A stretch of DNA of 39,817 nt from Octopus bimaculoides (Eukaryota): assembly GCF_001194135.2 (NCBI RefSeq), contig NC_068989.1:17325268-17365084 (forward strand). Reading direction: 5' to 3'. Position 1 is the first letter of the stretch, and each line of letters opens with the position of its first letter. This document shows positions 12,123 through 23,159 of the stretch, one piece after another. The position numbers and the translations under genes are program-made. The notes under the pieces are model-generated. The model was not told the origin of the DNA. It searched no databases and saw only the letters and a program-made list of their open reading frames with translations.

Positions 12123-12273
12123 TAACATCGAAAAATACCTTAGGAATGAGAACCCAGGTTCGAAATTTCCCCAAGACACCTGATGAAGGCTGGAGGGTAC
12201 ATCAGCCGAAATGTTGTGTTAACAACAAACAAGATGAGGACAAATATCCGTCAAATGTAAATAATGTAAATAA
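12027..12273 (+). mobile_element. Headless second copy of SINE family D, inverted relative to the first
   Basis: (AAT)n followed by the same tail; 7 mismatches in about 152 nt against the minus-strand copy. Confidence 0.8.
12175..12220 (+). ncRNA. Minimal type I hammerhead ribozyme motif (Penelope-type), copy B
   Basis: GACAC-CUGAUGA-A-GGCUG(GAGGGUACAU)CAGCC-GAA-AUGU-U-GUGUU. Stem I is GACAC/GUGUU and stem II is GGCUG/CAGCC. The core is intact, but the stem-III palindrome ACGU is mutated to AUGU. Confidence 0.6.
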
Positions 12274-13029
12274 AGTCATAATTTGGATTATATGGACGTT
12301 ACTGAATCAATACAGGATACTCAAAGTGTATGTTCTCAATGCTTGTTCCGGGTCTACAGGCTATTGGGGCTACCGATAAAGCTATTTTACAACAAGAGTG
12401 CATTCACAAAAACTTGTAAATCGACACCTTATCGTCTTGAACAGCTACAATTCTCAAGGTGTTTGATAGAACAATGCAAAAGGGTAATGCCAGTACATCC
12501 TTTGATATGGTCGAATGTTAATGGTAGCAGTGAGTAGAGGAACGTTCTAGGGGTGCGAAGGAATTGATAAACTAGCAGGTGATAATAAGGGGAGCACTAA
12601 CAGTGGAAGGGGGGAAATGTAATACAGTATATCTGAATCTATATCAGTTTCATGACATACATATATTCAGGTTTGATGCTATTTACAGCACTTAATGATT
12701 TACCCGTCTTATGTTACATAAATCGACATAGGAGAGGGCTTCTCTTATCTATTTCGCTCACTTGTGCTACTCTCAATTGCGGGATATCATTCAGAAATAA
12801 ATAAATATAACATAATTTGATAAAAGATAGAAATAAACATTTGGACAAGTTATATAACTAACTGCAGAAGTCTGCTGTTGTTTTTTTGTTTTCACTGACG
12901 GTGGTGGTAGCGGAGATGCTGCTGTTGCTGCTGAAGAAACGATAAATAACCACGAAGACGCTGTCCATTGCTGTAGAAGACGTACAAAGCTGAATTTTCA
13001 GTGTACATAATAGTTTTTTGGGGTGGTTT

Positions 13030-13160
13030 TATATATTCTTTTATTCTCTTATTCGTTTCAGTCATATTGACTGCGGCCATGCTGGAGCATCGCCTTTAGT
13101 CGAGCAAATCGACTAAGTTACGGGGACGTAAACACACCAGCATCGATGTCAAGCGATGCT
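13030..13160 (-). mobile_element. SINE family B (CORE-like), 3' part
   Basis: tcagtcatattgactgcggccatgctggagcatcgcctttagtcgagcaaatcgac is the reverse complement of the family B tail. Confidence 0.75.
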
Positions 13161-13215
13161 GGGACACACACACACACAGACACACACACACGCACGCACA
13201 CACGCACAAACATAT

Positions 13216-13268
<53 letters not shown>

Positions 13269-13643
13269 AGTAAAAATAAATACAAAAAAAGGTGGATTTT
13301 TTTGTATGATTGTGTATAGAGGAATATATTATTTTGCTTAAAAGAGTTCCAACACTGTCTGTTTTTTATGTTTTATTTATATTCCTGCAGAACTAATGTG
13401 GGGTATAGAATATGGAATATACAATATATAATATAATATACAATATATNNNNNNNNNNNNNNNNNNNNNNNNNNNNNNNNNNNNNNNNNNNNNNNNNNNN
13501 NNNNNNNNNNNNNNNNNNNNNNNNNNNNNNNNNNNNNNNNNNNNNNNNNNNNNNNNNNNNNNNNNNNNNNNNNNNNNNNNNNNNNNNNNNNNNNNNNNNN
13601 NNNNNNNNNNNNNNNNNNNATATATATATATATATATATATAT

Positions 13644-13810
13644 ACGACGGGCTTCTTTCAGTTTCCGTCTACCAAATCCATTCACAAGGCATTGGTCGGC
13701 CCGAGGCTATAGTTGAAGACACTTGCCCAAGGTGCCACTCAGTGGGACTGAACCCGGAACCATGTGGTTGGTTAGCAAGCTACTTACCACACAGCCACTC
13801 CTGCGCCTAT
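13644..13810 (-). mobile_element. SINE family B, 5' half
   Basis: cgacgggcttctttcagtttccgtctaccaaatcc…gacacttgcccaaggtgcc…cacagccactcctgcgc. The minus-strand motif CACCTTGGGCAAGTG resembles the CORE-SINE domain start. Confidence 0.85.
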
Positions 13811-13959
13811 ATGAAAATTTTAGTTAGGTCAAATGATTTTAGGAATGTCTATCTGCATGGCCTCAGTGAAATGACAAGTCAAAATACAACATATATATAT
13901 TCAAGTATATATTTCATATTCTTTCCCTCGGTTCGCTCGCGCGTGGATATGTGTATTCC

Positions 13960-14627
13960 TTTCTATTATTCTTTCATTTGTTTCAGTAATTTGACTGCGG
14001 CCATGCTACAGCACCGCTTTAAAATAGTGGAGGAAATCGAACCCAGGACTTATTCTATCGGTCTCTTTTACCGAACTGCTAAGTTATGGGGACGTAAACA
14101 TGCCAACATCGGTTGTCAAGCGATGGTGGTGGTGGTGGTGGGGGACAAACACAGATACACAAATACATACATACACGCACAAAACACACACACACACACA
14201 CAAACGCATGCACGCATACGCTCACACAGCATATATATTTATATATATATATTCTTTTACTTGTTTCAGTCATTTGACTGTGGCCATGCTGGAGCACCGC
14301 CTTTTTTGTCGAGCAAATCGACCCCAGGATTTATTCTTCGGTGTTTTTTGCCGAACCGCTAGATTACGGGGACGTAAACTCACCAGCATCGGTTGTCAAG
14401 CGATGTTGGAGGGACAAACACAGACACATAAACATATACATACACACATACATATACATATATACGACGGGCTTCTTTCAGTTTCCGTCTACCAAATCCA
14501 CTCACAAGGCTTTGGTCGGCCCGAGGCTATAGTAGAAAACACTTGCCCAAGGTGCCACGCAGTGGGACTGAACCCGGAATCATGTGGTTCGTAAGCAAGA
14601 GACTTACCACACAGCCACTCCTGCGCC
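13960..14627 (-). mobile_element. SINE family B: a 3' fragment (13960-14130) and a complete copy (14255-14627) with an internal (CA/TA)n linker
   Basis: Both the tail and the tRNA-like/CORE-like head match the other family B copies. Confidence 0.85.
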
Positions 14628-14716
14628 TATATATATGCATCCATACACATAGACAGACACACAGATATATATATATATGTCTCTGTGTGTGTATATGTGT
14701 GTGTGGTGTGTGTATA

Positions 14717-14880
14717 GGCGCAGGTGTGGCTGTGTGGGAAAAGCTTGCTTCCTCGGCACTTGGCTCTGAGTTCAGACCTACTGCGTGGCACCTTGGGCAA
14801 GTGTCTTCTAATATAGCCTCGGGCCGACCAAACCTTATGAATGGATTTGGAGGACGGAAAATGAAAGAAGCCCGTCGTAA
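14717..14880 (+). mobile_element. SINE family B, 5' half, head-to-head with the previous copy
   Basis: aggcgcaggtgtggctgtgtgg…gtggcaccttgggcaagtgtcttct…aagaagcccgtcg. Confidence 0.85.
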
Positions 14881-15133
14881 ATATATATAAGTTATAATAT
14901 ATATAAGTTATAATAACTAAGATAATAACAGCAGTAACATGAAGAACCACAAATATCACAACAAAAGTTAAATAAAAAAGAAGAAAAATACAATAAAGAA
15001 AGAAGTATTTGTTGCAGTGTACTTTTAAAACGTCGACAAAGATTACCAAACTCTGCTACGACTGATGTAGATAGTATTATCACTGACAAACCAGAGCAGA
15101 AGATCCACAGATGCTTTCAATTATCGAAGACTT

Positions 15134-15464
15134 TGATGGTGGTGGTAATGCTGCTGCTGATGACGATGATGATGACGATGATGATGATGATGATGATGAT
15201 GAGGATGATGATGATGAGGATGATGATTTGGAGGAGGAAGATGACGGCGGTGGATATCGGTGGTGGTTGTAGTGGTAGTAGTTGGGGTGGTGGTGGTTGT
15301 AGTGATGGTGGTTTTGGTGAGTATTGGTGGTGGTGGTGGTGGTGGTGATGAGAATGATGGTGATGAAGAGGAGAAGGAAGAAGAAGAAGTGAGAAAGCGG
15401 AGAAGGATGATGATAATGATGACGATGACGACGAGGACGATTATGACGCTGAAGATCATAACGC

Positions 15465-15509
<45 letters not shown>

Positions 15510-15649
15510 GGAGGAGGAGGAGGAGGAGGNNNNNNNNNNNNNNNNNNNNNNNNNNNNNNNNNNNNNNNNNNNNNNNNNNNNNNNNNNNNNNNNNNNNNNN
15601 NNNNNNNNNNNNNNNNNNNNNNNNNNNNNNNNNNNNNNNNNCATAACGC

Positions 15650-15694
<45 letters not shown>

Positions 15695-15900
15695 GGAGGA
15701 GGAGGAGGAGGAGGAGGAGGTGGTGGTGGTTGAAGAGGAGGAGGAGGAGGAGGTGGTGGTGGAAGAGGAGGAGGAGGAGGTGGAAGAGGAGGTGGAAGAG
15801 GAGGGGGTGGAGGAGGAGGAAGAGGAAAGAAAGACGAATGGTGTGGTTGTGAATGTTGTGAGGGTGCTGGTGTTGGTGATGGTGGTGGTGTTGGTTGTGG
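15134..15900. repeat. Mosaic trinucleotide low-complexity tract (GAT/GAG/GGT/GAA) interrupted by a gap
   Basis: Directly visible. It yields poly-M/D/E/R/H ORFs in several frames. Confidence 0.95.
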
Positions 15901-16311
15901 TTCTTCACGTAAGACTAAGGTTCAACAGAAGTGAAACGGTTATCTGTGACGTCAAACTATGCGAGATTGCCCCCATTTGTCTACAATCTGCTATCACAAG
16001 TATTAACTATATTTTGTTCCTCCAAACTGACCACAGCAAGGAACATACATGAGAGGGCAATCAGTTTCCATACTGAAGCAAAATAGTGTGTAGATGTGTG
16101 TAAGCATATACGCATGTGTGCATGCGCGACTGTGCCTGTACACACACAGAAGGAGGACAGAAGAGAGAGTTTAGTCGATTTGACTGGTAATAGACGAATA
16201 TACAATATATACATACACACGCACACACACACACACATACACACACACACACATATGTATGTATGTATGTGTGTATATATACATGTATGTATGCGTGTAT
16301 GTATGTATGTG

Positions 16312-16860
16312 TGCAGGTTTGTATGTTTTGCTTTATGTATGTATGTATTCTCATGCATATAGTTGCATATCTAGACAATCTCAAATATATTCAAATGATA
16401 AACTTCTGGCAAGTTTTACAGATTTTTACACTTCCATTGATGGATTGGATCTGCTGTCTTCGAATTAGCTTTCTCCTTCCTGGTTTTGAGAAGCCTAATT
16501 TCTCAAGATTGGTATTCAGGCAGTATGTATGTATGTATGTATGTATGTATGTATGTATGTATGTATGTATGTATGTATGTATGTGTCATTATTCAGTTTA
16601 TTTCAAGATTTCTTGCCAATAAAGAAAGGACCGGTTTCTAACCTTGATCTAAGTTTCCTTCACTGGAATTTCAACATCAACAGCAGGGTATTTTTGTATG
16701 TATGTATGTATGTATGTATGTGCAGATTTGTATGTGCAGATTTGTATGTTTTATGTATGTATTCTCATGCATATAGTTGCATGTCTAGACATACTCATAT
16801 ATATTTAAATTATAAACTTCTGGAAAGTTTTAGAGATTTTTACAGTTCGGTGATTTTTTA
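16312..16860. repeat. Local direct duplication of about 125 bp (16312-16435 and 16735-16860) separated by (TATG)n and unique sequence
   Basis: tgcag(g/a)tttgtatgtttt…tattctcatgcatatagttgcat(a/g)tctagaca…taaacttctgg(c/a)aagtttta(c/g)agatttttaca occurs twice. Confidence 0.85.
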
Positions 16861-18044
16861 CAGTTCCAAAATTGGTATTTAAACAGTGTGTTATGTATGT
16901 ATGTACGCACGTACGTATGCATGTGCGCCGAAATTCGCTAACGACTATGACCTGGTAGCACGTGCATTATTCTCACTAATAGCTTTGGTTGCCTATGAAG
17001 TCGTGAGCCGGCAGAGACACCCTCTCGGCTCTGCCGTCGGTCTACTCAGCAGATGATCGAGTACATGGCAAGTGGTGGAAGAAAATACTGCACCAGCACT
17101 CGGCTGATAATCGTATTTCAGCCGAGAAGACCGGCGTATATGTTGGTTCTAATCGCGCACACATACATATACAACATACACAGACACACAGTCACTGGTA
17201 CATGCGGTATGAACGTGGTGTGGTTAAGCAGATCCATGTCAGCATTCATTCACATAAATATATACTTAATACTGTGCAACCTCCCTCTACCAGAGAGAGA
17301 GAAGAACCGGTAGAGATAACAAGTCAGAAGAAAGAGGTTGGTTGTATGGAAACGCATTCAGACCTTTCTCCAACACATTCCTCCTTTTGTTAGAGTCAGT
17401 TAATTACCAAGGAATACTATCGACGTATCTTGGAATTATAATTATAAAACTACGTCTATCTATAAGTATGTATGTATTATGTATGCATGCTTGTGTGTGT
17501 TTGTGTGTGTGTGTGTGTCTGCGTGCGTGCTTGTATGTGTGTATTTATGTATTCACGGTTAAACAGATTGGATGCTACATTTAATCTGAACAAAAGTGTT
17601 ATTTTAAACCACAAAAATAATGTTATAAAGATATAAATGTAGGCATGTGTTCAAGTGTTCGAATGACTCTCATATAAAGACTAAACTAATATCTAATGCT
17701 AATATATTTTGCAATACTTTCTTATTCTTCCAAACTAGCAGATTCCAAACGGTGTACATATAATTATTTTAGAGGCTACGACATCATACGCATCATTGCA
17801 TGTGCACTAAATAGGTGCGTGGGAAGCTGAGTAAAAGTTTTGTGTGCACTTATGCTGCTGTACAACAGTTACCACTTATATTACAGAAATTGTGTAAATA
17901 TTGTTTTTCTGTCCCAATTTAAAGGCACAATTATCAGTAAGATGCAATACACAGAAAACGAAATGACTACACATACACGTTCGCACACGCGTACGTCTCT
18001 CTCTCGCTCTCTCTCATACTCTCTCTCTCTCGCTCTCTCTCATA

Positions 18045-18115
<71 letters not shown>

Positions 18116-18144
18116 ATGTATGTATGTATGTATGTATGTATGTA

Positions 18145-18191
<47 letters not shown>

Positions 18192-20106
18192 TTATATCGC
18201 AGTATGTGTGTGTATAATAACTAAGGCATACATTTCCACAATTCTCAACTGATTTTCTCCAAATTTTACACACACATTAGTTATATCCCAAGGATGGTCA
18301 TGCACTATAACATTTTGTCAAGAACTCCCGCATAAATGGACGTAAATGGACATAGTTTTTGCATGAAGGATCTTCCATACTTTTTTAACCTTTTTATAAA
18401 AGTGAAAGGATTTTATCTATTTATTTATTTCGACTGTCCACCGGCGCAGTGACCCAGTCAGGAAACAGGAATTGGGGGCTGTCGTTTTGTTTTCATGTAA
18501 ATAAATGTTTATGTTAATTTAAAAGATTTATCAAAAAATCTTATTTAGCTGTTAGCAAAACACGTGTTATGTCTCCGGTAATTTTCTTTCATGTAAATAA
18601 ATGTTTATGTTAATTTAAAAGATTTTTCAAATTCGTTGTATGGACATAGTTTTTTCTTTTTTTTATTGTACGCAAGTTCTTTCATACTTTTTTAATCTAT
18701 ATCGTCGTATATTGGCATTAGAGAATATTTTTGACTGTGATTAAATTGACTAGGAACACTGTACGCGATGGATATCCAATACCAAACAATCTTAATCTCC
18801 ATATTTAAGCTGCATTAAACTTCAGCAAGCTTACCTTTACCTATTCTGAGTTACTTGAAAGGTGATCTTCCATTTCCTCTCTTTTATTTGTTAATACCTT
18901 TGTTTACCTGCCAATGCGTTGTTTCACTTTAAGGATGCTTATTTACCCATCCATTATATTTCGACTGTTGTTCATTGTTAAATACGTTTCAGCATTGAGG
19001 TTGTAGCCTTTTTAAAACAATCACATATGATTCGTCCCAAAAAATCAACAAGAGTTTTGTTACCACAAGCGAAAGCCATACGTATCTTTCAGAAAGCACC
19101 ATATCAATTTCACTTTATGCAGTAATCGCTGTTACTTTATGCCCAGGCTATGTGGGAAGACAGAATGAAAGGGCTTTTGTTAGCTTATAATACAATCGAT
19201 AATCACTTGGTACACTAAAACCCATTTTGTTTTCCAGATAATACAAGCATGTCGCCTAAAAAGAGAACACGCATTAGTAGAAAGTTTTCAGCAGCAGCAA
19301 GGCAGCAACGTTGGCAGGCGAAGGAAACTGAGGACCAGAGGTCCTGTAGAGTGTTGAATAAAAAGAGCTGCCGCTGCTACAGCTGCAACTACTCCAGAGC
19401 AGCGTGAAACCTATCGAGTGCGTGCTGCTGACGCAAAGGCCGCAGAAACCCCACAAATGAGTGCTATCCGTAGGGCGCGCAACGCTGCATCCACTTCTGC
19501 CGCGAGGTTGGCAGATGAAGATAACCATCGGATGATGAGACTTCAGTCTAATGTTCACCGGAAGGCTCTTGCCATCGGGAAGTCGATGAGCATCAAAGGC
19601 ACTCAACTATGACCCTGCCGAGGATTACGTCACTCATCAAGAGACTATTACAGGATATATGTCTGTAATATGTTCATTTTGCAAGGCCCTCAAGTGGGCT
19701 GGAGAATCGAGTGGCCTATGCTGCTCAAACGGAAATGTTCGCTTACCTGACATACAAAACACTCCTCAGTCTTTGCTCTCTTTACTCCTTCGTCAACACC
19801 CTGATTCGCAACAGTTTATACAGAAAATTCGCTCTTATAATTCTGCCTTGCAGATGACAAGTTTCAGTCACACGCCTATTCTTGAAGACTCCTATATCCC
19901 AACGTTCAAAATTCAGGGCCAAACCTATCGTCGGATAGGGTCTATTCTTCCTATCAACAACGCTGAACAGTGATTCCTTCAAATTTACTTCATGGGAGAC
20001 ACCACGGAGCAAACGGCTTGCCGAGCTCAAGTCGCATCTGGAACAAAGTGAAAAAAATACCACCAAAGCAGCTTAAACCGGCCAAAGGACGGGTGCGTTT
20101 TGCTAG
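18145..20106 (+). mobile_element. Internally deleted (non-autonomous) Helitron with both termini
   Basis: The 5' end is A|TC…TCTATATATA followed by a Helitron-like subterminal region (caactgattttctccaaatttt). It carries a degenerate RepHel N-terminal coding region at 19249-20050. The 3' end is an imperfect hairpin (accggcc-aaa-ggacgggt) followed 8 nt later by CTAG|T at 20103-20107. The exact 5' base is ambiguous (18145 or 18169). Confidence 0.8.
19249..20051 (+). pseudogene. Helitron Rep/helicase N-terminal region, frameshifted and truncated
   Basis: Spans three frames: MSPKKRTRIS…; the TTPEQRET…ETPQ repeats; and ALNYDPAEDY…GYMSVICSFCKALKWAGESSGLCCSNGNV…IRSYNSALQMTSF…TFKIQGQTYRRIGSILP…*FLQIYFMG. 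The CxxC…CCxxG, YNxxFxMTS, FKIQGQxYHxIG and FLQIYF motifs are characteristic of Helitron RepHel proteins. Confidence 0.92.
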
Positions 20107-21959
20107 TATATATGTGTGTGTATGTGTATATATATATANNNNNNNNNNNNNNNNNNNNNNNNNNNNNNNNNNNNNNNNNNNNNNNNNNNNNNNNNNNNNN
20201 NNNNNNNNNNNNNNNNNNNNNNNNNNNNNNNNNNNNNNNNNNNNNNNNNNNNNNNNNNNNNNNNNNNNNNNNNNNNNNNNNNNNNNNNNNNNNNNNNNNN
20301 NNNNNNNNNNNNNNNNNNNNNNNNNNNNNNNNNNNNNNNNNNNNNNNNNNNNNNNNNNNNNNNNNNNNNNNNNNNNNNNNNNNNNNNNNNNNNNNNNNNN
20401 NNNNNNNNNNNNNNNNNNNNNNNNNNNNNNNNNNNNNNNNNNNNNNNNNNNNNNNNNNNNNNNNNNNNNNNNNNNNNNNNNNNNNNNNNNNNNNNNNNNN
20501 NNNNNNNNNNNNNNNNNNNNNNNNNNNNNNNNNNNNNNNNNNNNNNNNNNNNNNNNNNNNNNNNNNNNNNNNNNNNNNNNNNNNNNNNNNNNNNNNNNNN
20601 NNNNNNNNNNNNNNNNNNNNNNNNNNNNNNNNNNNNNNNNNNNNNNNNNNNNNNNNNNNNNNNNNNNNNNNNNNNNNNNNNNNNNNNNNNNNNNNNNNNN
20701 NNNNNNNNNNNNNNNNNNNNNNNNNNNNNNNNNNNNNNNNNNNNNNNNNNNNNNNNNNNNNNNNNNNNNNNNNNNNNNNNNNNNNNNNNNNNNNNNNNNN
20801 NNNNNNNNNNNNNNNNNNNNNNNNNNNNNNNNNNNNNNNNNNNNNNNNNNNNNNNNNNNNNNNNNNNNNNNNNNNNNNNNNNNNNNTAGTTATTTAACAG
20901 GCACACTTCAGCTCTCACACCAATAGTCTAGGAATATCCATGGCATTAAGTTTGTGTACATCTCGATTTTGTTTAGATTTCTTCTTTAAGGTGTTCTAAA
21001 ATAGCAATTCGCGTAGGAATGTTCTCATTGCCTTTCAGTTAGCCTTGAATATGAGACATATTTATGACTTCCTTCGGATGACATTCGAGTGACATACTCC
21101 TTGCAACGTTGGAGTTTTTTTTTTTTTTTTCCGACAGGTAGAATTTCATATTTGACAATCATGCTCGAGCTTTCAGATTAATGCTATAAATCTCTGATAT
21201 GTTCTTTGTGTGTTGTGTCATAAAGCTGATAAAGCACCTCCGCTTTTTAAATGTTTATCTTGGGATCAATTTATTTCCTATGCAATGCAGAGCCCATCCG
21301 CAATCCTCTGTATGAGAGATGGTGTGTGAGTCATTACCGCTCTATCTACTAACATAATTTTACTTATAAGGAACCGAGTAGTTCTCGGTTTTTGCCCTGA
21401 TATGAGTAACATTAGAGATGTCTACAGTTCTACATTTTGATTGGCTTAAAAGAGAACTGCGTCATGAAAATCGTGAAAGATCTTTACCAGTCTTCCAGTG
21501 AGAAAGATGATGAATAGTATAAGTGGCAAACAACCCCATTTAACATCGCACATTGCAGTAAATGCGTCATATATTTCTCCTGCATTATTGAGCCTTGTAA
21601 TATCTCCAGTGTACAGTGTACGATTTTGAATTTCTCGAGTCAGCCATATTTGTCTATAGTTGTCATTGGCTGGATCTACACATATTAATGTCAAGAAATT
21701 CGGCAGACCTGCTTGTTTTTATGCATATCTGCTGGAAGAGTCGGAGGGAGAAGACGGTGTCACCTGTGTCACAGTTTAGAAAGAAACCACGCTGTTATTG
21801 GTATTAGTTTTTATGTTATATAAGTAATGAGCGAGTGAAAAGGATCCTAGAGAATACATTGCGTGCTATTGAAACCTGTTGTAAAGTACTAAAATACGCG
21901 CGCGTGCGCACACGCACACACATGTATATATTCATATATATGCACACACAGATACACAC

Positions 21960-22004
<45 letters not shown>

Positions 22005-22005
<1 letters not shown>

Positions 22006-22173
22006 TCTTTTACTCTTTTACTTGTTTCAGTCTTTAGACTGTGGCCATGCTGGAGCACCGCCTTTTAGTCGAGCAAATCGACTCCAGGACTTATTCTTTA
22101 GAAGCCTAGTACTTATTCTATCGATCTCTTTTGCCGAACCGCTAAGTTACGGGGACATAAACACACCAGCATC
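22005..22173 (-). mobile_element. SINE family B, 3' part (runs into a gap)
   Basis: ttactcttttacttgtttcagtc…gccatgctggagcaccgcc…gccgaaccgctaagttacgggg. Confidence 0.85.
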
Positions 22174-22737
22174 NNNNNNNNNNNNNNNNNNNNNNNNNNN
22201 NNNNNNNNNNNNNNNNNNNNNNNNNNNNNNNNNNNNNNNNNNNNNNNNNNNNNNNNNNNNNNNNNNNNNNNNNNNNNNNNNNNNNNNNNNNNNNNNNNNN
22301 NNNNNNNNNNNNNNNNNNNNNNNNNNNNNNNNNNNNNNNNNNNNNNNNNNNNNNNNNNNNNNNNNNNNNNNNNNNNNNNNNNNNNNNNNNNNNNNNNNNN
22401 NNNNNNNNNNNNNNNNNNNNNNNNNNNNNNNNNNNNNNNNNNNNNNNNNNNATATATATATATATATATATAAATCAGAGCAATAATATGTAAACAGTTC
22501 TATTATCCTATGCAAACCAATGTACTGTCTTGTATAATTATATAGAGATTGTTTTCATCATTATTTTTGTAAGTACCACGAAGGTTATGTTTTGCTGATG
22601 AAGTCAAAATAATACGCAACTATGTCCCTGCTTGCTAATAAAACTTAAAATAAAATTTATCATTGACTACTAACTCTTTTCTCCTCGCCGTATAATTCTT
22701 CTGGTTTGCTTTTTAAAATCCTTCTTGCATTAATTAC

Positions 22738-23100
22738 TTCTTCAGGACAATACACCAGCACACAAGATCTTGGTTTCCATGGCTACCGTACAATGATCGT
22801 GGCTTTGAACTAATTAATCATCCTCCCTTTTCCCCTGATTTGACCCCATCTGACTACCATCTATTCCTCGATATGAAGTAACACTGATAACAAGTATCGC
22901 AGTGGTTATAACGTCATATCTGCTGTTGATGAATTTTTTGACCAACAAGATGAAAGATTCGTCACCAATGGAATCCAAGCGATGCAACACCGATGGAAGA
23001 AATATGTGGATCGCAATGGGGTCTATGTTGAAAAACAAACATCTTTTAGTCATATTCAGTGAGAGTATCTTTGTCAGCCTATGAACTTTTCATCATCTTG
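22738..23100 (+). mobile_element. Mariner (DD34D) transposase 3' remnant with degenerate right TIR
   Basis: Reads QDNTPAHK…(1-nt frameshift)…DRGFELINHPPFSPDLTPSDYHLFLDMK*…YRSGYNVISAVDEFFDQQDERFVTNGIQAMQHRWKKYVDRNGVYVEK. There are 34 residues between the second and third catalytic Asp once the frameshift is corrected. The end cagcctatgaacttttca resembles a mariner TIR. Confidence 0.92.
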
Positions 23101-23159
23101 ATAATATTTTTTGTATTTTAACCTTGCTCCTAGTTGGATCTTGAGTGTCTTTTACGCAG

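Noticed and set aside
15121-16052. Poly-His/Met/Glu/Arg ORFs
   Set aside because: They are translations of trinucleotide repeats, open in several frames on both strands, and interrupted by a gap with a likely false duplication.
21446-21765. Minus-strand VTPSSPSDSSSRYA*KQAGL…TGDITRLNN as a possible PDZ continuation
   Set aside because: It has an in-frame TAA, and the motif spacing does not fit a PDZ domain.
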